Of a stretch of 64,000 nt of DNA, positions 51,701 through 63,119 are shown in pieces (the stretch's first letter is position 1; each line of letters opens with the position of its first letter). Made by a program: the position numbers and the translations under genes. Origin of the DNA: Malacoraja senta (lineage: Eukaryota). The stretch covers positions 1 through 64,000 of the forward strand of contig JAXLNO010000253.1 of NCBI GenBank assembly GCA_038087875.1. The letters run 5' to 3'. Below the pieces are notes generated by a model, which ran no database searches, had not been told where the DNA came from, and saw only the letters and a program-made list of their open reading frames with translations.

Positions 51701-54700
51701 CTCTTGGTTTCCAGTGAAGACTGATGGTATCTGGGAGTCTGGAGATGGTACAGCTGAGGGTGATGTCACTGCCCATTACTGGCCTCGGTGAGTCTGCCTC
51801 AACTGTGGAAACAGACACATGTGGTTCAGTTCACCAGCAGCTTTCTGAACTACTGTGGGCAGAATTGTCTTTTTCCTGCAGACTGACAGTCGGCTGAATG
51901 TTGAGCTGCCGTGCTCAGTGATGTCATCAACACTTCCTGGTAGTGACCATCTGTCCCCCTCGCCCCCTCGTCTCCCACATCAACACCTCCTGGTAGTGAC
52001 CACCTGTCCCCCTCATCCCCTCATCTCCCACATCAACACTTCCTGGTAGTGACCACCTGTCCCCCTCGCCCCCCTCGTCTCCCACATCAACACTTCCTGG
52101 TAGTGACCACCTGTCCCCCTCACCCCCTCGTCTCCCACATCAACACTTCCTGGTAGTGACCACCTGTCCCCCTCGCCCCCCTCGTCTCCCACATCAACAC
52201 TTCCTGGTAGTGACCACCTGTCCCCCTCGCCCCCCTCGTCTCCCACATCAACACTTCCTGGTAGTGACCACCTGTCCCCCTCGCCCCCCTCGTCTCCCAC
52301 ATCAACACTTCCTGGTAGTGACCACCTGTCCCCCTCACCCCCTCGTCTCCCACATCAACACTTCCTGGTAGTGACCATCTGTCCCCCTCGCCCCCTCGTC
52401 TCCCACATCAACACCTCCTGGTAGTGACCACCTGTCCCCCTCGCCCCCCTCGTCTCCCACATCAACACTTCCTGGTAGTGACCACCTGTCCCCCTCACCC
52501 CCCCTCGTCTCCCACATCAACACTTCCAGGTAGGGATGTTTTTAGTATAGTAGAAACACAGAACTGCAGATGCTGGTTAATATATAAAAGGACATAAAGT
52601 GCAGGAGTAATTCAGCAGGTCTGGTAATATGAATATCACTGCCCCTTAATTGGTACACGTGACAATAAAAGACCTTTGAACTCTAGAGAACATAGATAGG
52701 TGACATTTCAGGTTGAGACCCTTCTTCAGACTGATTATATTTCTTGGATGTCTTTAACAGAGATTTATATGGGAGTGAATAAAATCATGAGAGGCATATC
52801 TATAATAAACGCACATGGTCTTTTATCCAGGGTTGGGGAATCAAAAACTAGATGGTACATGTTTAAGGTGAGAGGGACAGATTAAATATACCCCTTAATA
52901 TTAGGGGCAGTTTTTTTTACAAAATGTGTGGTATATGGACATACTTTATGGAACGATTGAGCAGTGGAAGTGTTTGATGCAGGTACAGTACTTAAAGGGC
53001 ATTTAAACAGCTACATGGAAAAAAGGTTGAAGGGATATGGGCCAAATGAGGGCAAATGGGATGTTTAGATGGGTAGTTGGTCAGTATGGATGAATTGGGC
53101 CAAAGGGCCTGTTTCAGTGCTGTGTGACACTATGACTATTACCTTTGATCCCAAATAGTTCCCACTGTCTCAGGATTTTCCCAGCGGGCTGTATCTGATT
53201 CCAGGTGAACAGTCCTGCAAGTTTGAATGTGGGCATCCTGATCCTCAGATTAAGGGTATCCCGGTCCGCATGCATCCTCTGGGAGATGCCTGGTATTTGA
53301 TTGTACTCGTCACTCCATTGTACGTCCCAGTGCTGATCTTCTCTGTGGAAAGTGGCCAATCGCTTTGTGGTTTGTTGCCCTGAGTGTGGCCTCCATTCCA
53401 AGTCAATAGGGCCATTTCCAGGACTGTCTGGTCCTTTCAATACAAAGTTGCCTTCCTGATGGAAAAAGTAAATAGAATGTCCACTTCCTGTAGGAAAAGA
53501 GAACAAATGTGTAAATGTTGGACAATAATTTTTCACTGACCTTGTCATTAGCAATATTGCAGAGAATTCATCTTTACTAAGTTGTACGTTATAATTCATC
53601 ATCATGGAACAGCATGGAAACAGGCCCTCTGCAGCAATCTGTCCACGCTGACCAGTGGGTCTCCATGGAGACATAAGAAGCTGCAGATTGTGGAATGTTG
53701 ATCAAACGCAAAGTGTTGGGGAAACTCAATGGAGATGAACTCAGGCAGCATCTGTGGAGGGAATGGATTGATGACGTTTCATGTCAGGATGCATTCTCAG
53801 ACTGATGGAATGGGAGAGTGACAACTGGGGAAGGGAAGTAGGCATAAGACAAAGCATGGTGAGTGATAGGTGGATACAGGTGGGGAATGGTGATAAGTAG
53901 ATGGATGGAGATAATGACAAAATGGAGGGGTGAAATGGAGACAAAAGGTTGTCAGTATAAACATGTGTAATAACAGGATCCATACATAAGAAGAAGTTGT
54001 TTGTTATAGTAAACACACAGAGCTCAAATACTTAGGTGTTGTAAGCTCAAGCTCAGCAACGAATCGAACTAGAGGCTGGACTAACAGACTAGATAATATG
54101 ATGACTGTTTGAGTACACAGCGGCATGCAGTAAAACATGACATAGATCATGTCAACTAATACTGACTGATCTACAGTCAGATCAGTAACAGAGGGAGGGA
54201 TATGGGTGGAAGTGGAGCAAGAACATAAAAGGAAAACTCTGCAATTGGAAGGGGTTGGAGATGAGTTGAAAGAGGAAGGGAAGGGAATAAGATAACTGAG
54301 TGGTGGGATAAATGAGTGCACAATGAAGGGAGGGAGAAGTGGGGTTCGGGAAGTGTTATTTGAAATTTGAGAATTCATTGATCATAACATAGTTAGACCA
54401 AACAAACCAGAAGAACATATTCCACTTTCAAATGTCAGGACATCAAAACTCAATCATGACTCTAAGTATGAAAAACAAACCCTTATCACTTACCACGGGG
54501 CTCCTGATAGTACGGGACAAAAAGCCGGAGCAGGTCTTGATGAAACAAACCACATCTCCAGTTCCCTCTGCCTCTCTCAGCTTTCTGAATAACCAGACTC
54601 TGTGATTTCTCTTCCACAGTCAGTGTCTTTTCTCCAACACTTTTGCCATCGCCATTGATCCAAACCAGTCTCATTGATTCAGTGACGTGAGACACAGAGC

Positions 54701-57700
54701 AGGTCAGGGTAACGTTGTCTCCCTCAGTCACTGCATCAGACGGTTCAGCTGTGACTGTGGAAACAAGCAGGTTGTTTACATTTTATACAATAAGTTCATC
54801 AGTAAACTCAGTGGCAACATTCTGTCTCCTACCTTTCACTGTGATTAGATCAATGGTGGGAAATGGATTTGATTCCAGAAAACATGTGTAAACACCGGCA
54901 TCTTGAAACAAAACGGGGACAATCCTCACACTGAAATCCTTGCCATCGAAGGGTTTCCCTGAGGTCACCAGTCGATTCCCGAAGTCGGTCCCATTGACAT
55001 TGATGGGCTGAGAACGTTCTGCAGATGCTATTACTTTGTGTTGTTGAAGGTGATGAGGTGTCCAGGTCCACTGAGCATGGGGAAAGCTACCACCATAACT
55101 CACAGAACAAACCAGGTGAAGTTCACTGTGATCTGTGCTGGAGCGGTAAAGTGTGTATGTCTTCATATATAAATCTGTATCAGAGAGACAGAGGATAACT
55201 CCTTTCAGTATTACAGTTACCGTGCCATACAGTGATTCTCAACCGTATTCTTATAAACATTCGTGGTGTTTTGTTCAACTGATCAAGTTTCAAATGTAAC
55301 ATCTTTCATGAATGCCGCACTAAACTCATCAGATCTTTATAAAATACAATGTGCTGTACGGCAGTAAATTGCAGTGAAGTTTGGATATTCCACTCTACAT
55401 TTCAACATTAGGTTCGCCCCCACACCCGGACTGTCCGGGAATCTCCCGGGATGGAATGAAACCTCCCGGAGACTCCCGAGAGCGGTCTGGGAGGTGAATG
55501 TCTCTGTCAGTCTGTCTGCAGGAGGTGGTGCAGGTTCAGGCTGCGGACAGAAGCAGCCCAGAGGATGCCTGCGTGGGGACTGACCCGGACAGGTTGGCAC
55601 TTCAAGTGGGTCGGGTCTTCCCGTCCCTTCATTCCCATTATTCCCACCATCCCTCTCCCATTCACACCCATTGATTCCCTGTCCTTCCCTGTTCCCGGGT
55701 CCTGCTCCCAGCTGAATGCTGATCCGAAGCCCGAGTCTGCAGCAGCTGGAATCACTTCAAGCAACACCAGACTCGGAGAGAAGGGTCAGTGAGGGGAGAG
55801 GGGATGGATTGTTGTTCAGTGCTGATGTGTGGGCCGGGACCCCCAGTGTGAGTGTGAGCAGCAAGTGCTGGTGGTTGTCATGGTGACTACACTTTCTATC
55901 TGACACTTTGACGTGAGTCCTGTATCAGTATCTCAGTCTCAGATACTGGAGCATTGATGGCAAGATAAACTGACCAAATACTTGACTGAAGAATGGTTAC
56001 AGAAAGACATCCCCCTCCTGTGCTGTGTGTCTGTCACACAGAGACAAGCAGGCAGCTGCTCCACAGAGAGACTTTCTGTAAACTTCTCCCTGATCATTGC
56101 AGCATTTTATACTGGAGAGCAGTTGGTCACTGCCACAGTTCTTCACAGGGTACACACATAATATTACAAGAAGCACCGTGATACAAGTGTCTACTTGATA
56201 TCCAATGGGAGGTGTTTATACTTACCCTTGTCTACAGTAAAATCTCCGTTACTTGTGTGAACAATGTTTCCGTTTTCCTGCACATCACACACATACAGCT
56301 TCCCATCCTCCACTGTAACGTGTTGAACCATCAGATAGACCGTGTTATCCAGGCGGATCTGATCAGTGTTGCTCCTGTTCTGCTGGGATGAGTCCATGGG
56401 TCTCCAGTAAAGACTGACTGTATCTGAGAGTCTGGAGATGGTGCAGCTGAGTGTGACGTCACTGCCCAGCAGAGGCCTCTGTGGACTTGCCTCAACTGTG
56501 AAAAACAGATCAATGAGATTCAGAGTGAGTAGTGGTTTGTACAAGTCAAGTCCCAGATAGGACAATGATATTCTTGCTTGCTGCAGCACAATAGAATATT
56601 GTAGGCATAAATACAGTACAGATCATTGTGTCCATGTACCATAGAATATATATATATACACACATAAAGAAACAGATAAAGTGTAATAGGCTGTTATAGT
56701 TCACAGTTTGTTTGAAGTTGTGTTTAATAGTCTGATGTCTGTGGGGAAGTAGCTATTCCTGAACCTGGATGTTGCAGTCTTCAGGCTCCTGTACCTTCTA
56801 CCTGAAGGTAGCGAAGAATGAGTGTGTGGCCAGGATGATGTGGGTCCTTGATGATGCTGCCAGCCTTTTTGAGGCAGTGACTGCGATAGATCCCCTCGAT
56901 GGAAGGGAGGTCAGAGCCGATGATGGACTGGGCAGTGTTTACTACTCTTTGTAGTATTTTCCTCTCCAAGGTGCTCAAGTTGCCGAACCAAGCCACGATG
57001 CAACCGGTCAGCATGCTCTCTACTGTGCACCTGTAGAAGTTAGAGAGAGTCCTCCTTGACAAACCGACTCTCCGTAATCTTCTCAGGAATCTTCTCAGGC
57101 GCTGATGTACTTACTTTATAATAGCATCAGTGTTCTGGGACCAGGAGAGATCTTCAGAAATATGCACGCCCAGGAATTTGAAGCTCTTGACCCTTTCCAC
57201 CATCGACCCGTTGATATAAACGGGACTGTGGGTCCCCATCCTACCCCTTCCAAAGTCCACAATCAGTTCCTTGGTTTTGCTGGTGTTGAGGGCCAGGTTA
57301 TTGTGCTGGCACCATTTAGTCAATCGGTCGATCTCACTTCTATACTCTGACTCTTCCCCATCAGTGATACGTCCCACATCTGTGGTGTCATCAGCGAACT
57401 TGATGATGGAGTTCACACTATGACCGGCTACGCAGTCATGAGTATAGAGTGAGTACAGCAGGGGGCTCAGCACGCAGCCTTGAGGTGCTCCCGTGCTAAT
57501 TGTTATCGAGTCTGACACATTTCCACCAATACGAACAGACTGTGGTCTGAGAGTGAGGAAGTCGAGGATCCAATTGCAGAGGGATGCGCAGAGACCCAGT
57601 TCTGCGAGTTTGGTAACCAGCTTGGAGGGGATGATTGTATTAAATGCCGAGCTGTAATTGATGAATAACAGCCGGACATATGAGTTTTTGTTGTCCAAGT

Positions 57701-60423
57701 GGTCCAGAGCGGAGTGGAGAGCCAGCGAGATCGCATCCACCGTTGATCTGTTGTGGCAGTAAGCGAACTGCAGTGGGTCCAGGTTTTGTTGAGGTAGGAG
57801 TTGATATGTGCCATGATCAACCTCTCAAAGCATTTCATCACCACAGGCGTTAGTGCCACAGGTCGATAGTCATTGAGGCACGTCACCTTACTCTTCTTGG
57901 GCACTGGTATAATTGATGCCATTTTGAAGCAGGTGGGAACCTCAGACCTCAGAAGTGAGAGGTTGAAAATGTCCATAAAAACTCCAGCCAGTTGGTCCGC
58001 ACAGGTTTTTAGAACACGACCGGGTATATCATCAGGTCCAGGCGCTATTTGAGGGTTCATCCCTCTGAAGGATTTCCTGACGTCGGCCTCTGTGACTGTG
58101 ACTGTGACTGAAATACCATCATAGCGAATGGGGGCTCGGGAAGGCACATCGGTGTTCTCCCTATCAAAGCGTGTGTAAAACGCATTGAGCTCGTCAGGGA
58201 GTGATGCTTCGCTGACATTTGAGCTGCCTCCTGATTTTGCCTTTATAGGAGGTGATTGCATTCAAGCCCTACCACAGTTGTCGAACATCTGTCTCATCCT
58301 CCAGCTTGGAGCAGAAGTCCCTTTTGGACTTTTGGTGGCCTTACCAAGGTTGTATCCGGACTTCTTGTGGACCTCTGCATCTCCAGACCTGAATGCCCGG
58401 GATCTGGACTTCAGAAGAGTGCGGATGTCATGGTTCATCCAATAACCGGGCTTAAAGTGACAGCCTAGCTGAAAGTCAGAACAACGTCTCCTCCAGTGCT
58501 CTCAGACCCCTGACACCCGTGGCTGGTCACATTGACGCAGTGAAATGCCGGCTGTTCACCGTGGGACTGCAGGTGGAACCGGCAACATACAGGCGTTGTT
58601 GTATTTACACATGCTGTGTTTCAAATATTCACACACTGTTGAAAATGCATCTATTTCCACTCCTTCTAGGTGTATCTGATTGCTCTCAAGAGGTGAACTC
58701 TATGGCAGAGCCCATGTTCCACACGCGATGGACTTCCATCCACCTGGTCACAGGGTAACATTAAGTAGCAGTGTCACCCCGGGGCCACTGCATGGAGACA
58801 TTGGTTTCATACCACCTTGCCGCGATCACCTTACCGTGTGCCGGCAAGAAGACCATGGTATTCGCTGCGGGTCGATTCATTGATTTGCTGTTCCCAGTGA
58901 AGTCATCAAACTATTATCACCCCTGCTGATCATTACAGAATCAATGAACAAAAACACTTCCCCAGTTGTTTAACTTTTCACCGGGTGGAAGAAGTCTCAC
59001 AATTCCCGCCATCTCTCATCATTATAGGTGACAATATTTACAGAGATAAATTAAACATTATTGATCCTTATCGCACCCACTCACCTTTCATCCCAAATAT
59101 TTCATATTGTTTCAGGATTTGCTTTCTCGGTTCTGTTTGAGCCAAAGTGAAAATTCCCGCCCATTTAAATGTGGGTTTATGAATTGTCAGATCAAGGGTA
59201 TAGGGATTCACATACATCCCCCGGTACAAGTCCACTTTACTCTCGCCAGCGGCCTTCACTTTGATCCAATCGCCCCTCGTTCTTCTAAAAGTCGACAATT
59301 TTCTGATTTCCTTCCCTGAGTGTGTTTTCCATTCCCAGACAACAACAGTGTCTTTCTCAGCATTGTCCGGTCCGTTTAACACAATGTCGCCTCGGTTATC
59401 CAAGAAATACATTCGATTTCTGTTTGCTGTTGAGAATACGAACAATGAAGAATTAATATTTAAAACACATTTTTCCCACCCACCACATATCTGTAATCAT
59501 TAATTTTGAACTGAATTTAATTCCAGACAGTTGTGATCTTCCTTGGAAACCCCAGCGAGGAAGTCACTGTTTGTGAAGAGATGTCTGTCTGGAATAACCT
59601 GGCCTGATTGATGCAGGGATATGTCATCACATGAGAGAAGTGAGTGAGTGGGAGGGAGGGAGACGGAGGTGGGGATAGGGGGTTGTGTTGGGGTAGTGGA
59701 GGAACTCCACCTGGTTTTCAAGGAACTTTGTGGGAGCGTGAAGTGAAGACATTGTACGTGGTTCTCGGGCTGTGACTGGATCGATAAGTCGAGGGCAGTT
59801 CCACCCACCTGGACTGTGGTGAGGAGATGTTGGTGAAGGATGGTGTGGACAACCGTGTCAAAGGCTGCAGAGGCTGAGCGGGATGAGCAGGGAGAGTTTA
59901 ACTCTGCAACAAGCTCACAGGAGGCCATTTCTGACTTTGATAAGGACGGTGTCGGTGCAGGAGAAGGAGAGAGAGTTGATGGGATGGGCTCAGAAATGGA
60001 GGTCCAGCAAGGATGGCGTGGGTTTGTGAGGCAGCAACACATTCAGGGATGTGGAATGGAGGTCCAGGAAGGATGGTGTGGATTTATGAGGCAGCAACAC
60101 ATTCAGGGATGTGGAATGGAGGTCCAGCAAGGATGGTGTGGATTTATGAGGCAGCAGCACATACAGGGATGTGGAATGGAGGTCCAGCAAGGATGGTGTG
60201 GGTTTGTGAGGCAGCAACACATACAGGGATGTTGCGAGTAAAGCGAGATTGACAATGGGTGCGGGTTTACACGGACAATGATAATTAATGCAAGGTGATT
60301 GTGACCGGCGAAGAGAAAGCACTTACTCTGTGTGGAAACTGGTGGAAGCAGGAAAACAAAGAAACCGAACATCAAACCAAGTGGCAAACTGCTGCAGAGA
60401 AACTTCGGCCTCATTTTGTGCAT
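39688..60423 (-). CDS. Multi-exon IgSF type I membrane receptor: signal peptide, 8 Ig domains (V*-C2-V-C2)x2, TM; CD4/LAG-3-like architecture; frameshifted in domain 7 as sequenced
   Basis: Ten coding exons traced by hand, all GT-AG and phase 1: 60423-60327, 59426-59085, 56495-56226, 55174-54833, 54754-54494, 53487-53143, 51802-51530, 49994-49658, 46679-46410, 39792-39688. About 880 aa to the end of the TM exon if the D7 frameshift is repaired. Confidence 0.88.
40633..41400 (-). mobile_element. Rex1/Babar 3' fragment
   Basis: ORF 40663-41076; (TCTTGAA)n tail. Confidence 0.88.
41809..42848. mobile_element. Non-autonomous TIR DNA transposon, 1040 bp
   Basis: TIRs TAGGTATGTTACAAAA / TTTTGTAACATTGCTA (14/16 match); CATAGTG duplicated at 41802-41808 and 42849-42855; no ORF. 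Confidence 0.85.
43274..43590 (+). mobile_element. tRNA-derived SINE (V-SINE/HE1-like)
   Basis: A box TGGCGCAGCGG, B box GGCTCGATCCC, V-domain-like GGAGTTTGTAC...TCTCCCCGTG, CR1-like tail ending CTAAACTAAA. Confidence 0.85.
44355..44655 (-). mobile_element. tRNA-derived SINE, same family (partial copies at 28785-28985 and 63918-64000)
   Basis: Reverse-complement match to 43274-43590 including A/B boxes. Confidence 0.82.
45083..46216 (-). mobile_element. Non-autonomous retroposon with internal 55-bp CpG-rich minisatellite (45530-45860)
   Basis: (AATC)n tail at 45083-45110 with AATAAA, GC-rich head near 46215, about 6 tandem units. Confidence 0.65.
46410..46679 (-). CDS. Ig domain 8 exon, C2-type with WxC motif
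   Basis: 270 nt; [24 protein letters not shown]...KWTC; near-identical N-terminal half to D4; ends AAC A|gtaagt. Confidence 0.9.
47166..49327 (-). mobile_element. L1/Tx1-clade LINE, 5'-truncated
   Basis: [15 protein letters not shown]...SLYADN; C-terminal CDKC...HSFLSC; poly(A); 11-bp TSD GTGTTAAGAGA at 47155-47165 and 49328-49338. Confidence 0.93.
49658..49994 (-). pseudogene. Ig domain 7 exon, V-type, with 2-nt deletion frameshift (missed by the ORF track)
   Basis: 337 nt. [11 protein letters not shown][fs][10 protein letters not shown]...WTW...YFGNRL...[19 protein letters not shown]...IELITVT aligns to D3; splice sites intact. Confidence 0.85.
50100..50490 (-). mobile_element. CR1 fragment
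   Basis: Reverse-complement similarity to CR1 ORF2 C-terminus. Confidence 0.85.
50535..51208 (+). mobile_element. Rex1/Babar-like 3' fragment of a second family
   Basis: MYFLRQLRK...[11 protein letters not shown]...LPSGR; (TCTGAT)n tail. Confidence 0.85.
51530..51802 (-). CDS. Ig domain 6 exon, C2-type, second Cys replaced by Trp
   Basis: 273 nt; [13 protein letters not shown]...LHW...NLYTW; closely similar to D2. Confidence 0.88.
51925..52530. repeat. 54-bp intronic minisatellite, about 11 copies
   Basis: CATCAACACTTCCTGGTAGTGACCACCTGTCCCCCTCGCCCCCCTCGTCTCCCA unit. Confidence 0.95.
53143..53487 (-). CDS. Ig domain 5 exon, V-like, lacks both canonical cysteines
   Basis: 345 nt; FVLKGPD...LEWRPHSG...[18 protein letters not shown]; aligns with D1. 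Confidence 0.82.
54494..54754 (-). CDS. Ig domain 4 exon, C2-type with WxC motif
   Basis: 261 nt; EGDNVTLTC...LVW...GNWRC; separated from D3 by a 78-nt intron. Confidence 0.9.
54833..55174 (-). CDS. Ig domain 3 exon, V-type with canonical disulfide
   Basis: 342 nt; LHLVC...WTW...FGNRL...DFSVRI...QDAGVYTC. Confidence 0.9.
56226..56495 (-). CDS. Ig domain 2 exon, C2-type
   Basis: 270 nt; GSDVTLSC...LYW...DGKLYVC; ttttcacag| and |gtaag sites. Confidence 0.9.
56540..58448 (-). mobile_element. Rex1/Babar LINE, frameshifted
   Basis: ORFs 57503-58261, 57111-57740 (FADD) and 56781-57062. Confidence 0.92.
59085..59426 (-). CDS. Ig domain 1 exon, V-like, lacks both canonical cysteines
   Basis: 342 nt, ctcaacag|...AAA G|gtgagt; IVLNGP...VVWEWK...[20 protein letters not shown]; paralogous to domain 5. 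Confidence 0.8.
59640..59990 (-). mobile_element. Old L2-like RT fragment
   Basis: [12 protein letters not shown] motif in a degenerate frame. Confidence 0.55.
59993..60232. repeat. 60-bp minisatellite, 4 copies
   Basis: AATGGAGGTCCAGCAAGGATGGTGTGG...CAGGGATGTGG unit. Confidence 0.95.
60327..60423 (-). CDS. Signal-peptide exon of the Ig receptor ([32 protein letters not shown])
   Basis: Basic N-terminus plus hydrophobic core; ends CAG A|gtaagt (phase 1); acceptor ttatttccaaacag lies 3 nt before the first ATG. Confidence 0.8.
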
Positions 60424-60867
60424 TCTCTGTTTGGAAATAAGGTGCAGTTTTAGACTAAGGATCAGTAAATTGGTAGTTGGCAAATGTTGTATTGAGTACA
60501 GCCAGTTTGAAACTCCTGACCCCGGGACACTTTAGAATTGGCCGCACACAATTACACGGGGAAAATACATTCGCTTGGTGGACTCTGCCGCTAGAATATT
60601 GTCACTTCAGTAATCTGGGATTTCACCACCATATTCAACCGCTATCGGTTTGCCTTGTCCCAAATCACTCATCTGAACTCTGCCTTTTTAATGTTTGACT
60701 CAATTACCTCCTACCACTCGGTAAAATATTCTCAACTAAATCAGACCTCGCTAGTGAGTCAATGAACAGAGAAGGCAACAGAATGACAAGGGACATTCAA
60801 TATTCTCAAACGGTCCCAGGACGTTGTCGGCGAAACGGGAAAAAAGTATTCAATTTAGATTGACTAG

Positions 60868-61107
60868 GAAACGGAGACGAGGAAATGCTTTTTCTCACAG
60901 AGAGTTGTGAGTGTGTGGAATTCTCTGCCTCAGAGGGCGGTGGAGGCCGGTTCTCTGGATGCTTTCAAGAGAGAGATAGATAGGGCTCTTAAAGATAGCG
61001 GAGTCTGGGGATATGGGGAGAAGGCAGGAACGGGGTACTGATTGGGGAAGTTCAGTCATGATCACATTGAGTGGCCTACTCCTGCACCTATTGTCTATTG
61101 TCTATTG
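60868..61107 (+). mobile_element. CR1 3' fragment
   Basis: CR1 3' end with (TCTATTG)n tail; absent from the paralogous block near 63010. Confidence 0.88.
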
Positions 61108-61329
61108 AAACCAGTGGGAAAATGGCATATGCTGGTCATTTAGCTGTGAGAAACAAAGGAGACAAAATGAAATTAATAAAGTATGTATGCCCTTGTCAAA
61201 TCTAAAGTGGAACAAACTGATTGAATGGGTGATAAATCACAGTTTACAGGACATCCAACATTGTTCAGTTTGTGGATACCGTTTAAACCACTCTTTGACA
61301 TGAAGTGAGACTGCAGTGAGGTCGCCTAC

Positions 61330-61460
61330 CTTGTGAGAAGAGACTGATGGTGAACGAGTACAGAGACTGAGCAACAAAGCTCCAAGCACGGCGATACACT
61401 GAGATTCACAGTCTCACACAGTTTCTTTGGAAGGGCAAACACCCTTCCTCTTTCTTTCCA
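61330..61460 (-). promoter_or_regulatory. Putative non-coding first exon and proximal promoter of the Ig receptor
   Basis: Donor CAAG|gtaggc at 61330; no ATG in the ~110 nt upstream of the donor; ETS/PU.1-like AAAGAGGAAG at 61453-61444; conserved in a second copy at 63529-63660. Confidence 0.5.
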
Positions 61461-61507
61461 GCTCAGGATTCAGACACCATTTATGTTGATTATCTGTGGA
61501 AGGACAT

Positions 61508-62040
61508 TCCAAATCTGAGGAAGGACATTATTGCCATAGAGGGAGTGCAGAGAAGGTTCAACAGACTGATTCCTGGGATGTCAGGACTGTCTTATGAAGA
61601 AAGACTGGCTAGACTTGGTTTATACTCTCTAGAATTTAGGAGATTGAGAGGGGATCTTATAGAAACTTACAACATTCTTAAGGGGTTGGACAGGCTAGAT
61701 GCAGGAAGATTGCTCCCGATGTTGGGGAAGTCCAGGACAAGGGGTCACAGCTTAAGGATAAGGGGGAAATCCTTTAAAACCGAGATGAGAAAAACTTTTT
61801 TCACACAGAGAGTGGTGAATCTCTGGAACTCTCTGCCACAGAGGGTAGTCGAGGCCAGTTCATTGGCTATATTTAAGAGGGAGTTAGATGTGGCCCTTGT
61901 GGCTAAAGGAATCAGAGGTTATGGAGAGAAGGCAGGTATGGGATACTGAGTTGGATGATCAGCCATGATCATATTGAATGGCGGTGCAGGCTCGAAGGGC
62001 CGAATGGCACCTAATTTCTATGTTTCTATGTTTCTATGTT
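61508..62040 (+). mobile_element. CR1 3' fragment
   Basis: ORF 61545-61949; (TTTCTATG)n tail. Confidence 0.92.
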
Positions 62041-63119
62041 TGCCTCAGATTAAAAATCATCTTGTAAAAGCTAATTTGGACAAACCAAGTCGGGAATTTC
62101 CTGAGATCACAAATATATTGGATAAGTTTAGACTTGGAACCTCCTTATATTAAATGCTATTAGTGGGTGGCAAATGTCTAAGATAATGGCAAACGAGGGA
62201 ATCTGCTGTTTTGTAACGAAGGGAACATGGTCAATATTCACGCCTTGCAGCGATGTTAAAGCTTTAGCACAAGTTCAAGTGAGTTTATTGTCATGTGTCC
62301 CTGATAGGACAATGAAATTCTTGCTTCAGCACAACAGAACATAGTAGGCATTGACTACAAAACAGATCAGTGTGTCCATATACCATTATATGTCCATATA
62401 CCATTATAGCTGGTCCTGCAGTTTAAATCTATATCCAAATGTATCAGATCACGGTGGGTTTAGGAGGTTACAAATGAGGTGCATTTGATAATCAGGATCA
62501 TACATTATTTTCAAACTTAGTACAATATTGAATGCTAATTTTCTCCCGAGCATTTAATTTCACTCAAGCAGGAACCTCCAGCCAATATTTTCATTCGCAT
62601 CCAAATTGTTCCTGCATCTTGCCGTGTTCTCCAAGTTCAACCTCACAGAGTGCACCAAGACCTTCACAGCCTCTGAGAGTAACCCGCATAACCACCTTGC
62701 ATTTCTCTACAATAAATGTCACCATTTGAAGTGGTGATGATCTATAAAATTATACTTAAGAATGTTTCATCGTCGTGTGATCTTGACTGAAACGACTCAT
62801 CTGTACGCCGACATTTTCATTCTTGACCCACTTACTTCCTGCTTCTCGGTAGAATGGTTTTAACTCATTTGTACCTCACTAGGCAGACAATTAATTGAGC
62901 GGGCAACAGAACGGCGAGGACGTTGAACATCCTCAATCAGTCCCAGAGGATTGCCGGAGAAATGGGAAAAATAAAATCCACATGAGCATGGATACATTAG
63001 ATTGACCAGGCAACAAAGAAGAAAGCCCAAATGGGTAAAATGGCAGATGCTGGTAATTAAGCTTCATTAAGTTTCTAGTGGAAACAATGGAGACAAATAT
63101 ACATTGATAAAGTTTCGTG

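Noticed and set aside
51925..52530. CRISPR-like array or repeat-encoded proteins in the minisatellites (also 45530-45860 and 59993-60232)
   Set aside because: Units are head-to-tail with no unique spacers, there are no cas genes, and the DNA is eukaryotic; the ORFs are by-products of the repeats.
39688..60423. Assigning the symbol CD4 or LAG3
   Set aside because: Eight domains, unsplit V exons, an unresolved tail and no syntenic markers in the window; family resemblance only.
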